From the NCBI RefSeq assembly GCF_046290725.1, contig NZ_JBKBUH010000001.1, positions 697,787 through 761,786 of the forward strand: 64,000 nt of DNA, given 5' to 3'. Numbering within the stretch: the first letter of the stretch is position 1; the number at the start of each line of letters is the position of its first letter. Shown in pieces: positions 40,987 to 49,614 of this stretch. The stretch is from Phenylobacterium sp. GTDB lineage: Bacteria > Pseudomonadota > Alphaproteobacteria > Caulobacterales > Caulobacteraceae. Under the pieces are notes generated by a model. The model was not told the DNA's origin. It saw only the letters and a program-made list of their open reading frames with translations, and did not search any database. The position numbers were made by a program, and so were the translations under genes.

Positions 40987-43900
40987 TCAGTCTTCCTGGT
41001 GGCTGACCGCGGCGGTGGAGCCCGGGCCCCAGGCCTGGGCGCCTTCGCCCTCGAACCAGAAGGGCTTGCGGGGCTTGCCGCCCAGTTCGTCCATCGTCGT
41101 GGCGTCGAACACACGCCCGCCGGCCACCGTGTAGCGGATGGCGGCGGAGTTGCGGATGTCCTCCAGAGGATTGGCGTCGAGCACCACGAGATCGGCCAGC
41201 TTGCCCGGCTCCAGGGAGCCCAGGTCCCGGTCCAGGCCCAGATAGCGGGCGCCGGAGAGGGTGCCGGCGCGCAGGGCCTGCAGCGGCGTCATGCCCCCCT
41301 GCGCGAACATCCAGAGCTCCCAGTGGGCGGCCAGGCCCTCACGCTGGCCGTGGGCGCCGAGCTGGACCGAGACGCCGAGGTCGTTCAGCTCCTTGGCCGC
41401 CCTGGAGATGTCGATGTGGTTGTACTCCTCGAGCGGCATCTTGACCCGCCGGCGGGCGCGGGCGTCGAGGATGCGGCGCGGGACGAATTTCGAGAGCCGA
41501 GGGTCGGCCCAGACGTCGGTGGTCTCGTACCAGTAGTTCTCGCCGAAAGATCCGCCATAGGCCACCACCAGGGTCGGCGTGTAGCCCACCCCCGTGGCCG
41601 GCCAGAGCTGGCGCACGTCGTCGTAGATCTTCGCCACCGGGACGGAGTGCTCCACCCCGGTGTGGCCGTCGACCACCATGGTCATGTTGTGCTGGAAGAG
41701 CGAACCGCCCTCCGGCACCACCATCATGCCAAGCTCCCGGGCGGCGGCCAGAATCTGCTGGCGCTGGTCGCGCCGGGGCTGGTTGTAGCTCTTCACGCTG
41801 AAGGCGCCGATGGCCTTCATCCGGCGCAGGGTGGAGCGGGCGTCCTCCAGGCTGTCCACCTGGGCGGTGAAGGGCGCGGTCGCTCCGTAGAGGATGGTGC
41901 CGGTGGAGAAGATCCGGGGGGCCACGACCTCGCCGGCCCTGGCCATTTCCGAGTGGGCGAAGATCTCCGCGGAGTCATTGGACGGGTCGTGGATGGTGGT
42001 CACCCCGAAGGCCAGAGAGGCGTAGTTCACCCAGCTCTGCTGCGGGATGATCTGCTCGCTGCCCATCGACCCATGCCAATGCACGTCGATCAGGCCGGGG
42101 ACGATGGTCTTGCCGGCCGCATCGATGGTGCGGGCGCCGGCGGGAACCGCGACCTGGCCGCGTGGCCCCACCGCCTCGATGCGATCGCCGTTCAGTACGA
42201 TCACCCCGTCCTCGATCACCTCGTCGCCCTTCATGGTGACGATGCGTGCGCCGACGAAGGCGGTGCGGCCCGTCGGGGCGGCGGCCTTCTGGACGAAGGA
42301 GATGTCGATCCCCTGCTCGGCCGGCTTGGGCAGTTCCTTCGGCGCGCCCTCCACGAAAGCGAAGACGTCCTTCAGCTCCCGCGAATAGAGTTCCGGCCCC
42401 AGCGACCACCAGAGCCGCCGCCCGTCCCCCGACCAGTGCAGGTATTCGCCGGCGTCGCGGGAGACGCGGGTCACCGGGATCGAGGCGGTCTTGGGCGAGA
42501 GGTCCACGGCCTTCCCGGTGCGGACGAAGGGCGCGACATAGGCGTTGAACCGCTCGGTCCAGGCCACGTAGCGCTCGTCGGGCGACAGGGAGAATTCGGT
42601 GGCGAACTCGCTGGTCAGGTGGGTGCGTTCGTCCGAGCCGTCGAGCTCGATGGATTTCAGCGCCCGCTTGTCGCCCTCTCCCGTCGCCAGGAAATAGACC
42701 CTGTCGGGCGCGGCGCCGAACTGGGGCTGGCGGCCTTCCTTCGACAGGCGCACAGCCTCGCCCCCGCGGGCCGAGACGGCGTAGAGGCCGGTCTCGCGGC
42801 CCCAGACCGCCGGATTCAGAAAGCCGTCGGAGGTGGCCCGATAGACGATGGTCGCGCCGTTAGGGCTGAAGGCCGGCTCCACATAGTGGCCGGGCCGGCG
42901 CGTCACCACGCGGCCTTCTCCACCGGAGGCGGGGACTACGCGGACCGAGCCGTATTCGGCGTCGCTCCAGGTGGTGTAGACGATGGAGCGGCCGTCGCGG
43001 GACCAGGCGGGATAGAACTCGTGGTGGGTGGCCTGGCGGGTCAGGCGCCGCGGCGCGGCGTTGGACTTCAGGTCCTTGATCCAGAGATAGCCGAGCGCCT
43101 GGTAGACCACCTTGTCGCCCTGGGGGCTGACCTCCGGCCAGCGCAGCATCCGCACCTTGAACTCGGGCGGTGCGACCTGGACGGGGAAGCGCACCGCTTC
43201 CTGTACGGCGCGGGTCGTCCGTACACGGAACGGAATCTCGTAGACCGCCTTGTTGGCCGCATCGATGCGCTTGATCTTGCCGCCGGCCCAGACGACCAGG
43301 GACTTCGAATCCGGCGTCCAGGCGATCGCCGGATAGACGCCGTGGACGGCCCAGGTCTCCTGCATGTCGCGGTCGAGGCCGTCGAAGACCGGCGTCTCGC
43401 GGCCCGAGGCCAGGTCCATCACATAGAGCACGGACTTGTACCGGACCCGGCGGATGAAGGCCAAGGACTTGCCGTCCGGCGAGGGGGTCGGGCGGATGGA
43501 GCCGCCGGGGCCGGTGACATAGGGCTCCACCTCGCCCGTCTCGCGATCCAGGCGCTGGATCACATAGATCTGGCCGTTGACGTCGCGCGAGTACTCGAAC
43601 ACGCCGCCCGGCGTGGTGTCGTCGCTGAAATAGAGATAGCGGCCGTCGGGGCTGAAGGCCGGCTCGCCGGTGTCCTTCTGCTCCGTGCGCTTGGTGGTGA
43701 GCTGCAGGCCTTCGCCGCCGGAGCGGTGATAGAGCCACATCTCGCCGGCGCCCAGGGAGCGGCGCGAGGTGAAGTGCTTGCGCGCGACGATGAACTCCGA
43801 ATCCGGCGTCCAGGCCGGCTGGTTCAGCAGGCGGAAGGTTTCCTTGGTGACCTGGCGCGGGTTCGACCCGTCGCGGTCGATGATCCAGATATTGTCCCCG

Positions 43901-44382
43901 CCGCCGCGGTCCGAGGTGAAGGCGATCCAGCGGCCGTTGGGTGAATAGCGGGGCTGCATGTCCCAGGCGACGCCGGCGGTCAGCGCCCGGGCCTCGCCCC
44001 CCGAGATCGGCATGACATAGAGGTCGCCCAGCAGGTCGAAGACGATCTCGCGCCCGTCGGGGCTGACGTCGACGCTCATCCAGGTGCCGCTGGTCACGTC
44101 GATCGCGACCTCGCGCGACCCGCCCGGCGGGTTGGAGACGTCCCACTTCGGCGCCTCCTCGGCCCTGGGGGGCGCGGCGGCGCCCGTCTGGAGCGCCTGC
44201 ATCTGCAGTTCCTGCTCCACCGGCCGCGGCTCCTGCTCGGCTTTGGTCGGATTGACCGGATCGGCCTTCTTGTCGCCGGTCGGCGGAGGCGGAGCCGGCG
44301 GCGGGACGGGCTGGGTCTGGGCGTAGGCAGGGGCCGCCAGCACGAGGGCGAGGGCGGCGGAAAGCAGGCGGCGAGACGTCAT
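40987..44382 (-). CDS. Secreted PD40/TolB-like beta-propeller fused to an amidohydrolase domain
   Basis: Signal peptide MTSRRLLSAALALVLAAPAYAQ; repeated SPDGR/PxxSP; PGLIDVHWH; GSLEPGKLADLVVLDANPL. Confidence 0.9.
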   Translation of the reverse strand: MTSRRLLSAALALVLAAPAYAQTQPVPPPAPPPPTGDKKADPVNPTKAEQEPRPVEQELQMQALQTGAAAPPRAEEAPKWDVSNPPGGSREVAIDVTSGTWMSVDVSPDGREIVFDLLGDLYVMPISGGEARALTAGVAWDMQPRYSPNGRWIAFTSDRGGGDNIWIIDRDGSNPRQVTKETFRLLNQPAWTPDSEFIVARKHFTSRRSLGAGEMWLYHRSGGEGLQLTTKRTEQKDTGEPAFSPDGRYLYFSDDTTPGGVFEYSRDVNGQIYVIQRLDRETGEVEPYVTGPGGSIRPTPSPDGKSLAFIRRVRYKSVLYVMDLASGRETPVFDGLDRDMQETWAVHGVYPAIAWTPDSKSLVVWAGGKIKRIDAANKAVYEIPFRVRTTRAVQEAVRFPVQVAPPEFKVRMLRWPEVSPQGDKVVYQALGYLWIKDLKSNAAPRRLTRQATHHEFYPAWSRDGRSIVYTTWSDAEYGSVRVVPASGGEGRVVTRRPGHYVEPAFSPNGATIVYRATSDGFLNPAVWGRETGLYAVSARGGEAVRLSKEGRQPQFGAAPDRVYFLATGEGDKRALKSIELDGSDERTHLTSEFATEFSLSPDERYVAWTERFNAYVAPFVRTGKAVDLSPKTASIPVTRVSRDAGEYLHWSGDGRRLWWSLGPELYSRELKDVFAFVEGAPKELPKPAEQGIDISFVQKAAAPTGRTAFVGARIVTMKGDEVIEDGVIVLNGDRIEAVGPRGQVAVPAGARTIDAAGKTIVPGLIDVHWHGSMGSEQIIPQQSWVNYASLAFGVTTIHDPSNDSAEIFAHSEMARAGEVVAPRIFSTGTILYGATAPFTAQVDSLEDARSTLRRMKAIGAFSVKSYNQPRRDQRQQILAAARELGMMVVPEGGSLFQHNMTMVVDGHTGVEHSVPVAKIYDDVRQLWPATGVGYTPTLVVAYGGSFGENYWYETTDVWADPRLSKFVPRRILDARARRRVKMPLEEYNHIDISRAAKELNDLGVSVQLGAHGQREGLAAHWELWMFAQGGMTPLQALRAGTLSGARYLGLDRDLGSLEPGKLADLVVLDANPLEDIRNSAAIRYTVAGGRVFDATTMDELGGKPRKPFWFEGEGAQAWGPGSTAAVSHQED

Positions 44383-44597
44383 GGGCACCCCGGACTTGAA
44401 ACCGGGCGCACCTTCGTCCCCGAAAGCCCGGCTTGTCGAGAGGCCAGGTTCGATTTCGCGCTGCAGCATCGGGAGAACGCAGTTCCGGCGCTCCCCAAAC
44501 CGGGTTAGAGGGGAAAATCTGCCATTTTCCGGACCGAACGGCGCGGAAACCGTCCCTGCAGCGTTTCCCCGTTCGTCCACCTGGAGTCCCGAGCCTC

Positions 44598-45986
44598 ATG
44601 ACGAGCGATCCCGCACCGCCGCCGGCGAAATCCGCCCTGGACCTGATCGGCCACACTCCGATGGTGGAGCTGCAAGGCTTCGACACCGGACCCTGCCGCC
44701 TCTTCGTGAAGCTGGAGAGCGCTAATCCCGGCGGCTCCATCAAGGACCGTATCGCCCGTTCGATGATCGAGGCCGCCGAGGCGGACGGTTCGCTGAAGCC
44801 CGGCGGGACCATCGTGGAGGCCACAGCGGGCAATACCGGCCTGGGCCTGGCCCAAGTGGGCGTGCTGAAGGGCTACCGCATCCTGCTGGTGGTGCCCGAC
44901 AAGATGAGCCGGGAAAAGATCCAGCACCTGCGGGCCATGGGCGTCGACGTGCGCATCACCCGGTCCGATGTGGGCAAGGGCCATCCGGACTACTATCAGG
45001 ACATGGCTGAGCGCCTGGCGCGCGACATTCCCGGCGCAGTCTACATCAACCAGTTTTCGAACCCGGCCAATCCCGCGGCGCACGCGGCGACGACCGGGCC
45101 GGAGATCCTGGAGCAAATGGGCGGCGACGTGGACGCGGTGGTGGTGGGAGTCGGTTCCGGCGGCACCCTGACGGGCCTTGGCCGCTTCTTCGCCCAGGCC
45201 TCGCCGAAAACGAAGATGGTGCTGGCCGACCCTGAAGGCTCGATCCTGGCGCCCCTGATCAACACCGGAAAGATGATCCAGCCGGGTTCGTGGATCGTGG
45301 AGGGGATCGGCGAGGACTTCATCCCCGACAACTGCGACCTGTCCTTCGTCGCCAAGGCCTATTCGATCCCCGACGCCGAGAGCGTGGCGGCCGCCCGCGA
45401 GCTCCTGACCAAGGCCGGCGTGCTGGGCGGATCCTCCACCGGCTGTCTGCTGGCCGCAGCCCTGCGCTATTGCCGGGAGCAGACGGAACCTCAGCGCGTG
45501 GTGACTCTGGTCTGCGATACGGGCGCCAAGTACCTGTCCAAGGTCTATAACGACAGCTGGCTGGCCGAGCAGGGCCTGACCAAGCGCGAGCTGCACGGCG
45601 ACCTGCGCGACCTGATCGCCCGTTCGGCATCGGAAGGGGGCGCCGTCACCGTGGGGCCCGACGACACCCTGCTCACCGCCTACAACCGCATGCGCCAGGC
45701 CGATGTGAGCCAGCTGCCGGTGATGGACGACGGGCGCTTGATCGGACTGATCGACGAAAGCGATCTCCTGGAGGCGGTAGAGGATTCCAAGCCCGACAAG
45801 CGCTTCGCCCAGAAGGTCAGCGCCGCCATGACCGCCAAGCTCGAGACCCTGCAGGCGGATGCGCCGCTGGACGCCCTGCTGCCGGTCTTCGAGAAGGACC
45901 AGGTGGCGATCGTACTGGACGGCAAGGAGTTCCTGGGCCTGATCACCCGGATTGATCTCATCAACTATCTGAGGCGCGCAGCGTGA
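44598..45986 (+). CDS. Cystathionine beta-synthase (PLP domain plus CBS pair)
   Basis: KLESANPGGSIKDR, EATAGNTG, GVGSGGT, CDTGAKYLSK; C-terminal CBS domains. Confidence 0.9.
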   Translation: MTSDPAPPPAKSALDLIGHTPMVELQGFDTGPCRLFVKLESANPGGSIKDRIARSMIEAAEADGSLKPGGTIVEATAGNTGLGLAQVGVLKGYRILLVVPDKMSREKIQHLRAMGVDVRITRSDVGKGHPDYYQDMAERLARDIPGAVYINQFSNPANPAAHAATTGPEILEQMGGDVDAVVVGVGSGGTLTGLGRFFAQASPKTKMVLADPEGSILAPLINTGKMIQPGSWIVEGIGEDFIPDNCDLSFVAKAYSIPDAESVAAARELLTKAGVLGGSSTGCLLAAALRYCREQTEPQRVVTLVCDTGAKYLSKVYNDSWLAEQGLTKRELHGDLRDLIARSASEGGAVTVGPDDTLLTAYNRMRQADVSQLPVMDDGRLIGLIDESDLLEAVEDSKPDKRFAQKVSAAMTAKLETLQADAPLDALLPVFEKDQVAIVLDGKEFLGLITRIDLINYLRRAA

Positions 45987-47164
45987 GCGACGGAAACCCC
46001 GCCATGGGCAAGAACCGCCTGGAATTCGCCACCCGCGCCATCCACGGCGGCCAGAGCCACGACCCCACCACGGGGGCGGTGATGCCGCCGATCTACGCCA
46101 CCTCCACCTACGCCCAGACGAGCCCCGGCGAGCACAAGGGCTTTGAATATTCCCGCAGCCAGAACCCCACCCGCTTCGCCTTCGAGCGGGCGGTCGCGGA
46201 CCTGGAAAGCGGGACGCGCGGCTACGCCTTCGCCTCCGGCCTGGCGGCCATCTCGACCTTTCTGGAGGTGCTGGACTCAGGCGCCCATGTGATCGCCAGC
46301 GAAGACCTCTATGGCGGCTCGTTCCGGCTGTTCGACAAGGTGCGCCGGCGCTCGGCGGGCCTTGAGTTCAGCTTCGTGGACCTGGCCGACATCGCCGCGG
46401 TGGAGGCGGCCATCCGGCCCAACACGCGGATGATCTGGGTGGAGACCCCCACCAATCCGCTGCTACGCCTGGCAGACCTGGAGGCGCTGGCCGATCTCGC
46501 CCGGCGGCGCGGCCTGATCGCGGCGGCGGACAACACCTTCGCCAGCCCCTATTGCCAGCGGCCGCTGGAACTGGGCTTCGACCTCGTCATGCATTCCACC
46601 ACCAAGTACCTGTCGGGCCACTCCGACATCGTCGGCGGAGCCCTGGTGGTGGGCGATAACAAGGAGCTCGCCGATCAGGTGGCGTTCCTGCAGAACGCCG
46701 TGGGAGCCGTGGCTTCGCCCTTTGACTCCTTCCTGGCCCTGCGTGGGGTGAAGACGCTCGCCCTGCGCATGCAGCGGCATTGCGAGAACGGCTTGAGGAT
46801 CGCCCAGTGGCTGGAGAACCGCCCCGACGTGGCGCGGGTGATCTATCCGGGGCTCCCCAGCCATCCGCAGCATGAGTTGGCCAGGCGCCAGATGACCGGC
46901 GGCTTCGGCGGCATGATCACCGCGGTGCTGGACCGCGATCTGGCCGGAACCAAGCGGATGCTGGAGCGCACGCGTCTGTTTACGCTGGCCGAGAGCCTGG
47001 GCGGGGTGGAAAGCCTGATCGAACATCCGGCGATCATGACCCACGCCTCGATCCCGGCGGAGACGCGGGCGCGGATCGGCATCGCCGATGGCCTGATCCG
47101 CCTCTCGGTGGGGGTGGAGGACGCAGGCGACCTGATCGCCGACCTGGAGCAGGCGCTGGGGTGA
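45983..47164 (+). CDS. Cystathionine gamma-lyase/synthase
   Basis: [52 protein letters not shown]. Confidence 0.93.
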   Translation: MSDGNPAMGKNRLEFATRAIHGGQSHDPTTGAVMPPIYATSTYAQTSPGEHKGFEYSRSQNPTRFAFERAVADLESGTRGYAFASGLAAISTFLEVLDSGAHVIASEDLYGGSFRLFDKVRRRSAGLEFSFVDLADIAAVEAAIRPNTRMIWVETPTNPLLRLADLEALADLARRRGLIAAADNTFASPYCQRPLELGFDLVMHSTTKYLSGHSDIVGGALVVGDNKELADQVAFLQNAVGAVASPFDSFLALRGVKTLALRMQRHCENGLRIAQWLENRPDVARVIYPGLPSHPQHELARRQMTGGFGGMITAVLDRDLAGTKRMLERTRLFTLAESLGGVESLIEHPAIMTHASIPAETRARIGIADGLIRLSVGVEDAGDLIADLEQALG

Positions 47165-47190
47165 GGATGGGGAGCGAGGCGCTCGACTCG

Positions 47191-47209
47191 CCCTCTCCCT
47201 CGGGAGAGG
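47191..47209. repeat. Degenerate REP-like palindrome
   Basis: CCTCTCCC-TC-GGGAGAGG, 27 bp after the lyase stop. Confidence 0.5.
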
Positions 47210-47267
47210 TGGAGCGCGGAAGGGCCGCCCTCATTTTTAACTAATCTGTCAAAACTTTTGTCGGCCA

Positions 47268-47392
47268 AAAATTTGGCCCGCTGCGGGGGATATTCGCAGC
47301 GGGCCTCATTTTGAGCAGTCGCTCTTGTTGAGCGGGCGTTTCCTCCCCGAAACGCCGGAGACTGTCGGACTTGGTGGCCGTCATGTCTCTCG
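47268..47392 (-). ncRNA. Candidate small RNA with four consecutive hairpins
   Basis: Stems at about 47358-47389, 47335-47356 (8 bp perfect), 47320-47334 and 47275-47305 (11 bp perfect, followed by AAAUUUUU on minus); strand inferred. Confidence 0.55.
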
Positions 47393-47414
47393 CCAGATGA
47401 GAAAACGGTAATTT

Positions 47415-47428
47415 TTGACCCGAGTCAA
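47415..47428. promoter_or_regulatory. FNR/FixK-type palindrome TTGAC-N4-GTCAA containing a GANTC site
   Basis: TTGACCCGAGTCAA perfect dyad. Confidence 0.5.
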
Positions 47429-47501
47429 CGGGCCGAATTGGGCGTACAGGGTAAATTCTGATCAGATTTCCGCGATCTTCGCGTTTCGCGTGTGAAACAG
47501 C

Positions 47502-48479
47502 CTAGGTTTTGACGCTTCTGTCAAAATTCAGCCGCCCCGCAAGGGCGGCCGAGGGCGCGCAGGCGGTCTCATAGACGAAATCCGGACGCGAGACGGTCAC
47601 CGGCCCCAGGCCGGCCGCCGCCAAGGCCATGGAGGCCTCGGCGATTCGGTGTGCGGGCACCAGCAGGCCGTTGGGGCGGCGGATGGCGCCTTCGGAGATC
47701 AGCCGCTCCACCACCGGCTCCTCCCGCGGATCGGGCGGCCAGGCCAGGGTGGCGGTCTCGTGAGCGGCGGCGCGGGCCTCGACGATGCGCAGGAACCGGT
47801 CGGCGGCGGCGAACTGGGCCGCCGACCAGCCGGCGCGCAGGGCGGCCGCCAGCTGGGCCTGGCTGCGCAGGATCGTCCCGTCGGAGATCACCTTCAGGCC
47901 GTTGGCGGCCAAGGTCGCGCCCGTGGTGGTGATATCGACCACGATCTCGGCCATGCCGGCGGCCGGCGCGCCCTCCGTGGCGCCGCCGGACTCGGCGATG
48001 CGGTAGTCGGAAAGCCCGTGCCGGGCGAAGAAGTCCCGCGTCTGGACCACATATTTGGTGGCGACCCGCATCCGGCGGCCGGTCCGCGCGAGCATGTCGT
48101 GCGCCACCTCTTCCAGGTCGGCCATGGCGTCGACATCGATCCAGCTGCGCGGAGCGGCGACCACCAGGTCGGCGCGGCCGAAGCCGAGCGCGCGCAGCAG
48201 CAGCACGCGCGCCTCCAGGTCCCCGCCACGCTCGCGCAGCAGGTCTTCGCCGGTGACGCCCAGATGCGCTTCTCCGGCGTCCAGGGCCTCGGCGATGTCG
48301 CCGGCCGACAACAGGCGCACCTGCACGCCCGTCACGCCCTTCAGCTCGGCCATGTAGCCGCGGGCGCCGCCGGCCACGGAGAGCTTCAATCCGCAGTCGG
48401 AGAGCCAAGCCTCCACCTGTTCCTTCAACCTGCCCTTCGAAGGGACGGCGAGGATGAGAGGCGCGTCGGAACCGGTCAT
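47502..48479 (-). CDS. hisG: ATP phosphoribosyltransferase catalytic subunit
   Basis: AVPSKGRL, GVTGEDLL, VATKY, GATEGAP, DITTTGATLAANGLK. Confidence 0.95.
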   Translation of the reverse strand: MTGSDAPLILAVPSKGRLKEQVEAWLSDCGLKLSVAGGARGYMAELKGVTGVQVRLLSAGDIAEALDAGEAHLGVTGEDLLRERGGDLEARVLLLRALGFGRADLVVAAPRSWIDVDAMADLEEVAHDMLARTGRRMRVATKYVVQTRDFFARHGLSDYRIAESGGATEGAPAAGMAEIVVDITTTGATLAANGLKVISDGTILRSQAQLAAALRAGWSAAQFAAADRFLRIVEARAAAHETATLAWPPDPREEPVVERLISEGAIRRPNGLLVPAHRIAEASMALAAAGLGPVTVSRPDFVYETACAPSAALAGRLNFDRSVKT

Positions 48480-49612
48480 GCTTCGCCTCCCGCCCAGGCC
48501 CGCCAGGGCCGGACCATGCAACCCACCGCCCGCGCGCCGGTCGGGCCGCCCAGGCGCGCCGGCAAACCGTCATAGCGGCCGCCCACGGCCACCGGCCGCA
48601 GGGAGCCGAGCGCTTCGGAGCGGATCTCGAAGGTCAGGCCGTCGTAGTAATCGAAGGCGTGGCCGAGGGCTGTGGCGAACCGCAGGGCGCTTTCCGCAAC
48701 CCCCGCCTTCGCCAGGGCTTCGAGGCGGAGCTCCCAACCGGCCAGCGCGGCCTGCAGGGCCGGCGCCGCGCCAGCCATGCCGCGGATCCGGACGAAGGCC
48801 GCGGCCGGCGCATCCTCCACCGCCAGGAAGGTGCGGATCGCTTCGGCCTGTTCCCGCGTGAGCGCTGGCGCACGCGCGGCCTCGGCCCGACGGATCAGCC
48901 GCCCGGCGATGGCGGCGGGTCCCCGGCCGCCCACCGGCTCCACCCCGGCCAGAGCCCAGACTTCCGAAAGCACCTCGGCGGCCTCGCCCTCCGGCAGGCC
49001 CGCCAGCAGCTCCGCCAAGCGCCCGCCGCCCGCGGGCTCGGCGACGGCCTCGCCGGCGCGCGCCAGCTCCTCGGCCAGCAGGCGGGGACGCCCCGCCACC
49101 CGCTTCAGGCGCGCGGCCAGGGGCTCGGAGAGCTCCAGCGCGTCCACGAAGGCCCCAAACAGCGCCACGTCCCCCAGCCATAGAGCCAGGTCCTTGCGCC
49201 CGCCCGCCGCGGCCGAAGCCCAGGCCAGCGCCGCGATCTCAGCGTCGGCGTCGATGATCGAGGCGCCGGGCGCATCGAACCGTTCCAGCCCCAGCTGGCG
49301 GAACTCGTCGGGGAGATCCGCGCCGAGGGCCGCGCGGAACGCCTTGCCTTCGTAGAGATAGCGCCCGTCGGCCCGGCCGGCCTCCAGGTGCTGGCGCACG
49401 ATCGGCACGGTGAAGTCGGGCCGCAGGCAGGCCTCCTCCTCGCCCTGGGACTGGACCACGAACAGGCGCGACCGCACCGCCTCGCCGGCGAGTTCGAGCA
49501 GCAGGCCGAGCGGCTGCAGGATCGGGGCGTCCACGGCCTCCGCGCCTGCGGCCAGGAACGGCGCGCGAATGGCGGCCATAGGATCAGGCGGGACGAGCGG
49601 CTCGGCGCGCAT
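48476..49612 (-). CDS. hisZ: ATP phosphoribosyltransferase regulatory subunit
   Basis: LRPDFTVP, YLYEGKAFR, EFRQLGLE, DYYDGLTFE, GGRYD; lies between hisS and hisG. Confidence 0.9.
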   Translation of the reverse strand: MRAEPLVPPDPMAAIRAPFLAAGAEAVDAPILQPLGLLLELAGEAVRSRLFVVQSQGEEEACLRPDFTVPIVRQHLEAGRADGRYLYEGKAFRAALGADLPDEFRQLGLERFDAPGASIIDADAEIAALAWASAAAGGRKDLALWLGDVALFGAFVDALELSEPLAARLKRVAGRPRLLAEELARAGEAVAEPAGGGRLAELLAGLPEGEAAEVLSEVWALAGVEPVGGRGPAAIAGRLIRRAEAARAPALTREQAEAIRTFLAVEDAPAAAFVRIRGMAGAAPALQAALAGWELRLEALAKAGVAESALRFATALGHAFDYYDGLTFEIRSEALGSLRPVAVGGRYDGLPARLGGPTGARAVGCMVRPWRAWAGGEA

Positions 49613-49614
49613 GC

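Noticed and set aside
44383-44597. Riboswitch (SAM-II/SAM-alpha) upstream of cbs
   Set aside because: No conserved SAM riboswitch core sequences are recognisable
47241-47384. 47-codon minus-strand ORF (MTATKSDSLRR...) over the sRNA candidate
   Set aside because: It reads through the terminator hairpin, has AT-rich atypical codons and no recognisable motif; RNA structure explains the region better
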